64,000 nt of DNA from the IMG/VR virus record IMGVR_UViG_3300045988_162908; one strand, 5' to 3'. Made by a program: the position numbers and the translations under genes. Shown here piece by piece: positions 26,887 through 34,346 of the stretch (positions are counted from its first letter, which is position 1; each line of letters begins with the position of its first letter). Source of the stretch: a virus. Under the pieces are notes generated by a model that had not been told where the DNA came from, made no database searches, and saw only the letters and a list, made by a program, of their open reading frames with translations.

Positions 26887-26917
26887 TATTATAGAAACAT
26901 TTTAAAATTTAGAAATT
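26887..26917 (+). promoter_or_regulatory. motif-1 copy
   Basis: tattatagaaacattttaaaatttagaaatt|ATG. Confidence 0.75.
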
Positions 26918-27355
26918 ATGAAAAATAAAAGATATAATATCAAAACATTTGATTTTGTAGTTAACGGCGAACATATTTATTTTACTTGTAGCACTTCAAA
27001 CACACGAAACGGCTTTTGTCATCATGTTTTTGCATTCGGAGGCGGCAAAGATTATGAGCACTCCCGCGTATCATATTATAACCGCACTTGGGAGACCTTC
27101 GAGTATGAAACGGCCCTATATCACGCTATAGAGAAGTTTTCTAAAAGTATGCGTGAACCTTTGCGCCTCGAAGTGGAGGCGCTGGCACTCGATGAACACA
27201 AAAAGGCCGAATGCTTTATAAAAGCATTCGAAGCTAATTTTGTCGCATTAAGCGACGAACAAAAGAAATTTGTGTGTGAACACACACCAGAAATCACAAA
27301 CAAGGACCAGGCAAAAACCGTTAACGCGGCCGTTGCCATGATGGCGGCGCTATAA
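26918..27355 (+). CDS. hypothetical protein (145 aa)
   Basis: ATG preceded by motif-1. Confidence 0.65.
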   Translation: MKNKRYNIKTFDFVVNGEHIYFTCSTSNTRNGFCHHVFAFGGGKDYEHSRVSYYNRTWETFEYETALYHAIEKFSKSMREPLRLEVEALALDEHKKAECFIKAFEANFVALSDEQKKFVCEHTPEITNKDQAKTVNAAVAMMAAL

Positions 27356-27371
27356 TATATTTTAAGGATTC

Positions 27372-27426
27372 CAGGGTACAAAGGTAGCCAGGCCAACACG
27401 GCGGATCATTCCCGCCGGTACCCCCT
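27372..27426 (+). repeat. structured intergenic element, copy 1 (domain 1 only)
   Basis: Outer stem gggtac (27374-27379) / gtaccc (27418-27423). Inner stem cggcgg/ccgccg with loop atcattc. Confidence 0.7.
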
Positions 27427-27456
27427 ATTTATAGAACATTTAAAATTTTAGGAATT
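27426..27456 (+). promoter_or_regulatory. motif-1 copy
   Basis: tatttatagaacatttaaaattttaggaatt|ATG. Confidence 0.75.
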
Positions 27457-27768
27457 ATGAAAAAGAATTTTGATTTTTTTGGTATCATGGCAAAGTTGAA
27501 GGCAGTAGCCGCAAAGGTAAAGTTTTTCTTTGCCGTACTCGCAAAGGTAGAAGTTTTTTATTTTTTCCCTGTAGCCCTGGCGATCGTCTTCTTTGCGGTT
27601 GTTATTGATTGCGTTTTTGCACTTGTTTCCGGCGGGTGCCCTAATGTTGCTAAAGCCGTCGAAGGTATTATTATTTTCGGCCTTCTGTCTTTTGTTTCCG
27701 CTTTCGCGGGTATTGCCTGTATCGCTGCAGATTGGGACTATACAAAGAAAGAAGTGCTAATTAAATAA
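27457..27768 (+). CDS. small membrane protein (103 aa)
   Basis: Motif-1 lies upstream. Several hydrophobic helices. Confidence 0.6.
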   Translation: MKKNFDFFGIMAKLKAVAAKVKFFFAVLAKVEVFYFFPVALAIVFFAVVIDCVFALVSGGCPNVAKAVEGIIIFGLLSFVSAFAGIACIAADWDYTKKEVLIK

Positions 27769-27820
27769 TATGAGATAACAGCGAGAAAAGAAAGTATCAA
27801 TTTTCTAAACATATAACATC

Positions 27821-28012
27821 ATGGCAAAGAAGACAATTAAACAACAGTACGACGAGTTAGCAAAATACGGTGAATGTTTCGAGCAAGAAGGTTATGGAGG
27901 CTTTGCCCTTGTAATCGACGAAAACGGGGAACGTGCCCTATATAAGGTTTGTTATAACAATACGGAGGAACTTTGCGCGCGCTGGCAAAAAAATAAAATA
28001 CACGTGCCCTAA
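27821..28012 (+). CDS. hypothetical small protein (63 aa)
   Basis: Co-oriented ORF, but the only one in the block without motif-1. Confidence 0.4.
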   Translation: MAKKTIKQQYDELAKYGECFEQEGYGGFALVIDENGERALYKVCYNNTEELCARWQKNKIHVP

Positions 28013-28100
28013 AAAAGAAAATAACTGGCCCCGTCCTTATATCACAATTAAGGGAGTGCGCCACTATCTCGACAACTTCATGCGGTGTGCATAAAAGCCC

Positions 28101-28125
28101 GGTACCCTGAACCTTCCAGGGTACC
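28101..28125 (+). terminator. gene-end hairpin with CCAGGGTACC arm
   Basis: ggtaccctg-aaccttc-cagggtacc, a perfect 9-bp stem. Confidence 0.45.
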
Positions 28126-28138
28126 CACAAAATAACTA

Positions 28139-28167
28139 TATTATAGAATTTTTAAAATATTGAGAAA
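28139..28167 (+). promoter_or_regulatory. motif-1 copy
   Basis: tattatagaatttttaaaatattgagaaa|ATG. Confidence 0.7.
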
Positions 28168-28428
28168 ATGAACAATTATAATATTACATTTTCGCGCCGT
28201 TCCAGTACGGCGGCCCTGGTAAGTGTTTTATTTGCCGTGTGTGCCATTCTGTTTGCACGCCTGAATAAAAGTACCTTTGCAGCTATAAAAAGCGCCTGGC
28301 GATGGTTATTTGCGCCTAAAACCTACTTTGCCAGCGATGGCGACGGTGTAACGGTCAACGGGCTTCAATTTATCGGTATTAATCTAATAGCCGCGGCCGT
28401 GTGTGTATTACTGTCTATCTCCTTATAA
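28168..28428 (+). CDS. small membrane protein (86 aa)
   Basis: Motif-1 lies upstream. Two hydrophobic segments. Confidence 0.55.
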   Translation: MNNYNITFSRRSSTAALVSVLFAVCAILFARLNKSTFAAIKSAWRWLFAPKTYFASDGDGVTVNGLQFIGINLIAAAVCVLLSISL

Positions 28429-28456
28429 AGATATTCTTTTTCAAACTTTAAATATC

Positions 28457-28556
28457 AGGGTGCAAAGGTATCCAGGCCAAAACGGCGGATCATTCCCGCC
28501 GGCACCTTCTAATAAGTGATAAAGCCGCTTTTATAGCGGTTGCAAAATATCACAAG
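28457..28556 (+). repeat. structured intergenic element, copy 2 (domains 1 and 2)
   Basis: Domain 1: agggtgc / gcacctt around cggcgg-atcattc-ccgccg. Domain 2: gtgata..gccgct-tttat-agcggt..tatcac. Confidence 0.7.
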
Positions 28557-28570
28557 GAATTAATAAAATA

Positions 28571-28600
28571 TATTATAGAACATTTTAATTTTTAGGCAAT
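28571..28600 (+). promoter_or_regulatory. motif-1 copy
   Basis: tattatagaacattttaatttttaggcaat|ATG. Confidence 0.75.
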
Positions 28601-28819
28601 ATGAAAAAGAAAATTTTCTCATTTGAAATGTACCTTATTATGAACGGTACGTGGACCCTGTTACGTAATTTTCGTTGTGATATAAACGAAAAGAGAAAAC
28701 AAGTAGCATACCTTAAAAACAAGGGTTATGTTTACGACCGAAAAGAAAAAGCCTACTTTTTACGAAATGTAGGCACCGCCTATAATTGCGCCGTGTCAAT
28801 TAAAAGCTATGAGATGTAA
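28601..28819 (+). CDS. hypothetical small protein (72 aa)
   Basis: Motif-1 lies upstream. Confidence 0.55.
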   Translation: MKKKIFSFEMYLIMNGTWTLLRNFRCDINEKRKQVAYLKNKGYVYDRKEKAYFLRNVGTAYNCAVSIKSYEM

Positions 28820-28831
28820 AATATAGTGCTA

Positions 28832-28862
28832 TATTATAGGACGTTTTTAAAAATAGAAAATT
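28832..28862 (+). promoter_or_regulatory. motif-1 copy
   Basis: tattataggacgtttttaaaaatagaaaatt|ATG. Confidence 0.7.
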
Positions 28863-29051
28863 ATGAAAGCAGCATCTTTTATTACATCAAAAAATTATAG
28901 CGGTGAAGACATTTGTCAAATATATTTGGGACGTCGAGCCGCTGAAGAAGGATACCAGAGTATCCAGGAGCTTATTTCAGACTTACCAAACAGGACACCC
29001 AAGGGCAAAAGAAGCGGAATTGGTTTTTGGTCCTTATGTTTTAAGAAATAA
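28863..29051 (+). CDS. hypothetical small protein (62 aa)
   Basis: Motif-1 lies upstream. Preferred over the overlapping ORF 28903..29187, which runs through the structured element. Confidence 0.5.
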   Translation: MKAASFITSKNYSGEDICQIYLGRRAAEEGYQSIQELISDLPNRTPKGKRSGIGFWSLCFKK

Positions 29052-29150
29052 GGTGCAAAGGTTTAAGGCCCACACGGCGGATCATTCCCGCCGGCACCTT
29101 CTAATAAGTGATAAAAGCCCTATTTATAGCGGCTGCAAAATATCACGAAG
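29050..29150 (+). repeat. structured intergenic element, copy 3 (domains 1 and 2)
   Basis: Domain 1: aaggtgc / gcacctt around cggcgg-atcattc-ccgccg. Domain 2: gtgata...tatcac. Near-identical to copy 2. Confidence 0.7.
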
Positions 29151-29163
29151 AATTATTAAACAG

Positions 29164-29191
29164 ATTATAGAACATTTAAATTTTTAGAGTT
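29164..29191 (+). promoter_or_regulatory. motif-1 copy
   Basis: attatagaacatttaaatttttagagtt|ATG. Confidence 0.75.
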
Positions 29192-29578
29192 ATGAAGACT
29201 TTTCATTTTAATTACACGGTGACTCCTTCTGTATTATACGACAAGGAGGGCAACGAAAAAAGTGCGGATTTTTGGATTGATATTAGAAATCAGCACAGCG
29301 AGATCCAGGCGGAAAACCTGAAGGAGGCGTGCCGGGCATTCAGCGAGATTCTGAGCCGTAACTGGTGCATAGATTTGACCAAAAACGGCATAAAAACCGC
29401 TGAAGGTGTGTATAGAGACACCGACAAAGGAGTAGAACAGGTAGGTCTTGTATTCAAGGCGCGCACGGAGATTGAATTTGATTACGCTTATAAAAGACGT
29501 AATATTCGAGTATGGGCATCTATCCGTGAAGAGTTCATTCCCGATTTTGAGAAAGAAGGCTTTAAGGTATCATTATAG
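29192..29578 (+). CDS. hypothetical protein (128 aa)
   Basis: Motif-1 lies upstream. Confidence 0.65.
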   Translation: MKTFHFNYTVTPSVLYDKEGNEKSADFWIDIRNQHSEIQAENLKEACRAFSEILSRNWCIDLTKNGIKTAEGVYRDTDKGVEQVGLVFKARTEIEFDYAYKRRNIRVWASIREEFIPDFEKEGFKVSL

Positions 29579-29599
29579 ACTCTTTAAAATTTTGAGGAT
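29572..29599 (+). promoter_or_regulatory. motif-1 copy (overlaps the upstream stop codon)
   Basis: attatagactctttaaaattttgaggat|ATG. Confidence 0.7.
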
Positions 29600-29887
29600 A
29601 TGAAGAAATTAAAGAAATTAGCTATTTTATTGCGTGCCCTTGGCTTTAAGGTTGAAGTAAGACACGAGCCTATCACTTTTGATGATGGCACCGTAATAGA
29701 AAATATCTTTGCCGCCGTCGATTTAGCGGGCTGTCACTGGGACATCTGGCACGAAGGTGTTACCTTTGAAATGCACTTTTATAGGAATAAGGAGTGTATT
29801 TATGATCAGGTGTACTACTCGTTTCAGCTTGGAGTTATCAAACAGATTTTTATAGACTTCGACAAGTACGAAAAATACGCCTGTTAA
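29600..29887 (+). CDS. hypothetical protein (95 aa)
   Basis: Motif-1 lies upstream. Confidence 0.6.
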   Translation: MKKLKKLAILLRALGFKVEVRHEPITFDDGTVIENIFAAVDLAGCHWDIWHEGVTFEMHFYRNKECIYDQVYYSFQLGVIKQIFIDFDKYEKYAC

Positions 29888-29891
29888 GGCT

Positions 29892-29916
29892 TCCAGGGCA
29901 CTCCTGGAGTCTTTTA
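29892..29916 (+). terminator. gene-end hairpin plus T-run
   Basis: tccagg-gcact-cctgga then gtctttta. Confidence 0.45.
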
Positions 29917-29940
29917 TATAGGATGCAAAGAATATCACTA

Positions 29941-29971
29941 TATTATAGAACAATTTTAATTTTGAGGAATT
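29941..29971 (+). promoter_or_regulatory. motif-1 copy
   Basis: tattatagaacaattttaattttgaggaatt|ATG. Confidence 0.75.
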
Positions 29972-30796
29972 ATGGAAGCAAAGATAGATTTTGAGAATTT
30001 GGAAAAAGAGGCCATCTGGAAAATTGAGGACCGCCTGGGTGATTTAAAAGAAGACTCCGGAGACGTTTTTCTGTGGGCAAGTAATTCTATCCCGGCTACA
30101 AAACCGGAACGTTTTAGCAGCGTGAAAAATGCAAAAGAATACGGAATTTTGAGAAATGAGTCTTACATGCGCCGTGGTATAATGAAACGAGATGAGCCAA
30201 TAGACTATATTATAGGATCGGAAAAAGATTACCAAAAAACCGTGAAGTCTTGGTTCCGTCGCAAGAAAAACGAGATGGTAAGAAAGTACCGCGAACACGT
30301 CGAAAAACTCGTGGACCGCTCAAACAAAGAAATAACAGCGATGAAGGCGTTTAAAGACGTTTGCCGTACCTTCGATGGCAAAGTGATAAATAAGCGCTTT
30401 CTGGACGCTGCAAGGTATGCTACAGGCTTTTCTTGTAGCTTTTATGATGGCTGTCTTGAAATGAACGCTATCAATTCTTACGGAGAATACGCTCCAGGTA
30501 TCACGTTTTATTCTCCTTGTTGTTCTCTGACACAAAAAGCCTGGAAGTGGACGACAAACGACCGTATGGCTGCAGCAGAAGCCGTCGATCTGATAGACGG
30601 GTATATCTTGAACAAAACACGGGATATTGCTAAATACAAAGATAGCATCAAACATTATGCAAAGTACGTGGACCAGGTACGCAAAATCGAGGCTTCTCTT
30701 CATAAGCTGGTAAAAACCGATGTAACGATCAGAGGCTGGGCACGTGAACACGACCTGGAGAAGTACCCACTGTTTGGTCACATCTGGGTATGCTAA
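29972..30796 (+). CDS. hypothetical protein (274 aa)
   Basis: Motif-1 lies upstream. Largest gene of the array. The antisense 30320..30799 is treated as a shadow. Confidence 0.65.
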   Translation: MEAKIDFENLEKEAIWKIEDRLGDLKEDSGDVFLWASNSIPATKPERFSSVKNAKEYGILRNESYMRRGIMKRDEPIDYIIGSEKDYQKTVKSWFRRKKNEMVRKYREHVEKLVDRSNKEITAMKAFKDVCRTFDGKVINKRFLDAARYATGFSCSFYDGCLEMNAINSYGEYAPGITFYSPCCSLTQKAWKWTTNDRMAAAEAVDLIDGYILNKTRDIAKYKDSIKHYAKYVDQVRKIEASLHKLVKTDVTIRGWAREHDLEKYPLFGHIWVC

Positions 30797-30802
30797 CAAA
30801 TA

Positions 30803-30823
30803 GCCCTGAATGCTATTCAGGGC
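30803..30823 (+). terminator. gene-end hairpin
   Basis: gccctgaat-gct-attcagggc, a 9-bp stem. Confidence 0.45.
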
Positions 30824-30852
30824 ACCCTTTATAGAATGAGTGATTTTTTACT

Positions 30853-30883
30853 TATTATAGAACGTTTTTAATATTGAGGAATT
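30853..30883 (+). promoter_or_regulatory. motif-1 copy
   Basis: tattatagaacgtttttaatattgaggaatt|ATG. Confidence 0.75.
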
Positions 30884-31595
30884 ATGAAAGACAATAAATT
30901 GTATGTAGATATTTTGAGCCGACAGGCAAATAAGGATGGCAGACCATACGAAATGGCACTGAGCGATTTCTGTGACTTCCTTCTGGATTTATTCAGCGTC
31001 GAGGCATTCAAGGGCAAAGATGTTGACAGCCTGCAAAACTGGTTTAGTGAGCGTATCAGCAAGAAGCCTGACTTCGGGCTACTGGCTACAAACTGGCTGG
31101 TAGATGTAAGCGTGGCACTTCAGAATGGTACCTGGCTTGATGTGTTTGGCATTCTTTATGAGAACATGTACCTATTACCTGGCAAGGCCTCCAAGACAGG
31201 GCAATTTTTCACGCCTCCTGCCATTTCCGACCTAATAAGTGATATTATAGGCTCGAAGAAAAAAACAGGCTTCCAGCCCTAATATTTCAGGCAAAACGGT
31301 AAATGATTGCGCCGCTGGTAGCGGTCGCCTTCTTCTGTCACACTTTGCTAAAATGAGCAGCCCTGATCCTTCAGTAGGTAGAACATATAAGTATGTTGCC
31401 CAGGATTCAGATCCGCTGGCATGTAAGATGTGCGCCCTGAACATGATGGCGCACGGTATGAATGGCGTGGTAATCTGCCAGGATACCTTGGCAATGAGTA
31501 CACCATCGGCGGTGTATTACGTCAACGAAGTGAAATATCCATTTAATACGCCTTATTATAGCGTGCGTGTAGTATCAGGGGATCCAGCAAAATAG
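30884..31595 (+). pseudogene. frameshifted, C-terminally truncated N6-adenine methyltransferase-like gene
   Basis: ORF 30884..31282 carries GQFFTPPAISDLISDIIG (MTase motif X). After the A7 tract at 31259-31265, the +1 frame continues ..VNDCAAGSGRLLL (motif I) and ..ACKMCALNMMAHGMNGVVICQDTL. No NPPY/F motif before the stop at 31595. Confidence 0.6.
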
Positions 31596-31622
31596 GATTC
31601 CCTGGCAATAAAGAAAATAACA

Positions 31623-31642
31623 TATTATAGAACAGATAGAAA
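31623..31642 (+). promoter_or_regulatory. motif-1 copy (short form)
   Basis: tattatagaacagatagaaa|ATG. Confidence 0.55.
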
Positions 31643-31999
31643 ATGAAGAAATCATCAGTTATATATAATTTCGCTATCTCGCAGCATCAGGGTAAAATCC
31701 TGCTGACTGCCCAGGAATACCCCTGGAGTGTGCTCCAGGTAATCACTTTCGAGCCACAATTTTTCGACAAGGTGGTGGCGCTTTGCAAGCGCCGCGGTAT
31801 GGTAGCTACCCACGACAAGGATCGCTCCTTCTGCATCATCCATCTTGGCAGTGGAGATCAGAACGGCAAATATCCAGATAGGCATATCAATACCGATACG
31901 CCGGCAGCTATCGACAAGTATCTGGAGGCATTGAAAGATGCGATGGCGCAAGCAGTGGTTTGGTATTTTACGAATATTATAGAACGTGTGAAAAATTAG
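31643..31999 (+). CDS. hypothetical protein (118 aa)
   Basis: Short motif-1 lies upstream. Confidence 0.6.
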   Translation: MKKSSVIYNFAISQHQGKILLTAQEYPWSVLQVITFEPQFFDKVVALCKRRGMVATHDKDRSFCIIHLGSGDQNGKYPDRHINTDTPAAIDKYLEALKDAMAQAVVWYFTNIIERVKN

Positions 32000-32004
32000 A
32001 AATT
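31975..32004 (+). promoter_or_regulatory. motif-1 copy (inside the 3' end of the upstream gene)
   Basis: tattatagaacgtgtgaaaaattagaaatt|ATG. Confidence 0.7.
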
Positions 32005-32265
32005 ATGATAGAATATTTGTTAGATATATATACGATCCGCAGATATACAAATGGGAAGGTAACATGTGAGAAAATCTCGAAAGTACTTAAAGAAAGTACG
32101 GTAAAACTTGCAAAACGAGCTTGCAAAAACGTTGGTTATAAGTACATCGGACGTTACAAGGATACATACGGTAACTATTATGCCAAGTATGAACGCAAGG
32201 ATGAAAAGTTATCTAATTCCGAATGTGAAGTTTACTTCAGGCAGATATTCACAAAATTAAAGTAA
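32005..32265 (+). CDS. hypothetical protein (86 aa)
   Basis: The ATG at 32005 follows motif-1; the tracked 31960 start is probably too far upstream. Confidence 0.55.
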   Translation: MIEYLLDIYTIRRYTNGKVTCEKISKVLKESTVKLAKRACKNVGYKYIGRYKDTYGNYYAKYERKDEKLSNSECEVYFRQIFTKLK

Positions 32266-32295
32266 TATAGAATCAATAAAAAATTAGAAAATCGT
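32263..32295 (+). promoter_or_regulatory. motif-1 copy (divergent)
   Basis: taatatagaatcaataaaaaattagaaaatcgt|ATG. Confidence 0.55.
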
Positions 32296-32595
32296 ATGAA
32301 GCATATTTATATACTGAGCACTTGCGACAACTGGAAATCCCGCGGCTCAATGATTAGATATTACGTCGGATCATCCGACAAGGCTGGCACCCGCCGACTG
32401 CTGGCAGCTATCACAAAAGGTATTAGGGATCGCGTTTTCCGTTGGGCTACGAATGGCGAGAAGATTCCGGTACTGGAACAGATAGAAGACTTTCAACACG
32501 ATGTGAAGTTTGCCGGTGCTACAGTTGCGTATGAAATCCAGAGTAAACTGGAAGGCGGCTCGCTGGAGCTCGTAGAGTTTAACAGTTATCAGTAG
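32296..32595 (+). CDS. hypothetical protein (99 aa)
   Basis: Divergent motif-1 lies upstream. Confidence 0.6.
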   Translation: MKHIYILSTCDNWKSRGSMIRYYVGSSDKAGTRRLLAAITKGIRDRVFRWATNGEKIPVLEQIEDFQHDVKFAGATVAYEIQSKLEGGSLELVEFNSYQ

Positions 32596-32625
32596 TATTG
32601 TAGAATCATAAAAAAATTAGAAATT
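32596..32625 (+). promoter_or_regulatory. motif-1 copy (divergent)
   Basis: tattgtagaatcataaaaaaattagaaatt|ATG. Confidence 0.6.
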
Positions 32626-32886
32626 ATGGCAAAGTTAACAAAGAAAGATAAGGAGTTTTTAAAGAAAATCGGCTATCTCGAAGAGGATTTCAATCAGATA
32701 GAAAAAGCCAATTACAAGTATTACACCAAAGATGATCAGAGAATCAGCGAGGAGGAAGCTCTTAAAAAGTTAGGTAGAGATCGCTGGCTGTCTGGTATAG
32801 GTAGAGCCTGTTTTCATGCTTCATCTGTAAGAGATTACAAGCGTGGTTCAGGATATGTATATATAAATAGTGATACTTTCCAATAA
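32626..32886 (+). CDS. hypothetical protein (86 aa)
   Basis: Motif-1 lies upstream. Confidence 0.6.
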   Translation: MAKLTKKDKEFLKKIGYLEEDFNQIEKANYKYYTKDDQRISEEEALKKLGRDRWLSGIGRACFHASSVRDYKRGSGYVYINSDTFQ

Positions 32887-32904
32887 ATAATATCACGATC
32901 ATCA

Positions 32905-32934
32905 TATTATAACAACATTAAAAAATCAGAAATT
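32905..32934 (+). promoter_or_regulatory. motif-1 copy (divergent)
   Basis: tattataacaacattaaaaaatcagaaatt|ATG. Confidence 0.55.
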
Positions 32935-33477
32935 ATGGAATCAAAGAATAATAATAAGAACGGTATGAACGTTATAGAGAATATAGAAAACGAAGTGAAG
33001 GTAACAGAAGAGAGCCGCAAGGCATACGGACGACCATCTGTTAACGAGGAAAAGGGCTGGAAGCTGGATCACGTTATCCCTTTTGACTTCTACCACAACG
33101 CATATATAAAGAGCCGCATGGGTATTGATGAACTCGTAGAGATAGTGCTGCAGGAGTGTAATATCAGCGCGGATGATACCTGTTCCTGGGCAAAAGATAT
33201 TCGCACACTCATTAAGTACGCCATCGAGCATTTCGATGAGCGGATGGAGGAGGACGAGGAAGACCCGGATGGGGAAAATGAACTCTTATCAGGGTGCTGG
33301 ATAGGCGATGCTATCACCCTGCGTGAAGAGGCGTACGAGTGCGCAGAAATGCACCGCAGCCACACACCAGAAGAGAGACAGGAGTTTCTTGAATATTGCT
33401 GGGGATTTGCATCTAAGGCTGCGAGCCGCATCGACCGCATGATGAAGATATTTGAGCCTTCAGACACGAAGCAGTAA
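32935..33477 (+). CDS. hypothetical acidic protein (180 aa)
   Basis: Motif-1 lies upstream. Contains the run MEEDEEDPDGENE. Confidence 0.6.
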   Translation: MESKNNNKNGMNVIENIENEVKVTEESRKAYGRPSVNEEKGWKLDHVIPFDFYHNAYIKSRMGIDELVEIVLQECNISADDTCSWAKDIRTLIKYAIEHFDERMEEDEEDPDGENELLSGCWIGDAITLREEAYECAEMHRSHTPEERQEFLEYCWGFASKAASRIDRMMKIFEPSDTKQ

Positions 33478-33492
33478 CCCACCATCCCATAC

Positions 33493-33517
33493 AGGGGAAG
33501 TCTGAAAGCCTTCCCCT
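33493..33517 (+). terminator. hairpin at the end of the motif-1 array
   Basis: aggggaag-N9-cttcccct, an 8-bp stem with no T-run. Followed by about 250 nt of GC-rich hairpin-prone spacer. Confidence 0.4.
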
Positions 33518-33819
33518 ACCCCGTCCGGCAGACCGGCAAGCGTGGAGCGACACCACGGCGAGGTGCATTATTTCTTTGAAATAACTTTGAAATTTTAAAT
33601 GTTTTTTGCGGAAGCGTCCGCACTTGTTTTCACGCTGTCTGCGGTCCGTGAGGATAGCAGCGGCATTTTTTCCCATCGCTGCCACGGCTGGCACCATCTA
33701 TTGAAGATGTGAGGATCGACACCTCAGAGCGAACAATGACTGACAAATAAGGTATAGAGTGCTGAAAACGTGATAAAACGTTAAAAATACATCTAAAATA
33801 GTATTTTATGTGTATTTTA

Positions 33820-33851
33820 TTTGGTAGTTTCAGAAATTATCCGTACCTTTG
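33820..33851 (+). promoter_or_regulatory. canonical Bacteroidota promoter (-33 TTTG / -7 TACCTTTG)
   Basis: TTTG 33820-33823, 20 nt spacer, TACCTTTG 33844-33851. Heads the motif-2 gene set. Confidence 0.65.
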
Positions 33852-33897
33852 CATCAGATAAAACAAGAAGATAATATATAATACTAATAATCATTTT

Positions 33898-33932
33898 TAG
33901 CCCTAAGCGCATCACGGTTAAGCGCAAGTAAT
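33898..33932 (+). promoter_or_regulatory. motif-2 copy (AGCCCTAAGCGC-ATCACGGTTAA-GCGC hairpin before the ATG)
   Basis: tagccctaagcgcatcacggttaagcgcaagtaat|ATG. Confidence 0.75.
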
Positions 33933-34298
33933 ATGAAAACAATTTCCTTTAATTTAAATTTTGTAGAAATCCAATCCTTGCTTACATCTATTATCAATAT
34001 AGATAAGTTAATGGGTGTGCATGATTGTTCAGATCAAGACTATCCACGAACACCGCAGGAGGTAAAGATTGCGGTTGCCATCGAATTGAAGGCGATGGGC
34101 GTGTTAGCCTACGACCTCGACAATATCACCGACAAGACCCGCGATACCTTGGAGAATCGAGGATATACGGGAGAGTGGCAGGACGAGTACGAATCCTTCT
34201 GGCTGAAGGGTCAATATGTATGGGTGCGAGTAAGAATGCTCTACAAAACGGACGGAACGCCTGTTATAGCTTTGGAGGCAAAAGCCAATAATCAATAA
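33933..34298 (+). CDS. hypothetical protein (121 aa)
   Basis: Motif-2 lies upstream. Confidence 0.65.
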   Translation: MKTISFNLNFVEIQSLLTSIINIDKLMGVHDCSDQDYPRTPQEVKIAVAIELKAMGVLAYDLDNITDKTRDTLENRGYTGEWQDEYESFWLKGQYVWVRVRMLYKTDGTPVIALEAKANNQ

Positions 34299-34311
34299 TA
34301 CATTTATAATT

Positions 34312-34346
34312 TAGCCCTAAGCGCATCACGGTTAAGCGCAAACAAT
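34312..34346 (+). promoter_or_regulatory. motif-2 copy
   Basis: tagccctaagcgcatcacggttaagcgcaaacaat|ATG. Confidence 0.75.

Noticed and set aside
28903-29187. A 94-aa ORF overlapping 28863..29051 and running through structured element copy 3.
   Set aside because: It lacks the motif-1 start context. Its second half is encoded by a repeat that also occurs non-coding at 28457-28556.
26428-32934. Motif-1 as an ordinary host sigma promoter.
   Set aside because: The AAATTT(T)G/A part only loosely resembles TAnnTTTG. It would also sit too close to the ATG (roughly 10-15 nt). I therefore do not call it a canonical promoter.
26428-33477. An integron-like interpretation of the small-gene cassette array.
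   Set aside because: There is no integron integrase or attI in the window. The inter-cassette elements do not show the RYYYAAC...GTTRRRY ends of attC sites. I kept only the neutral description 'cassette-like'.
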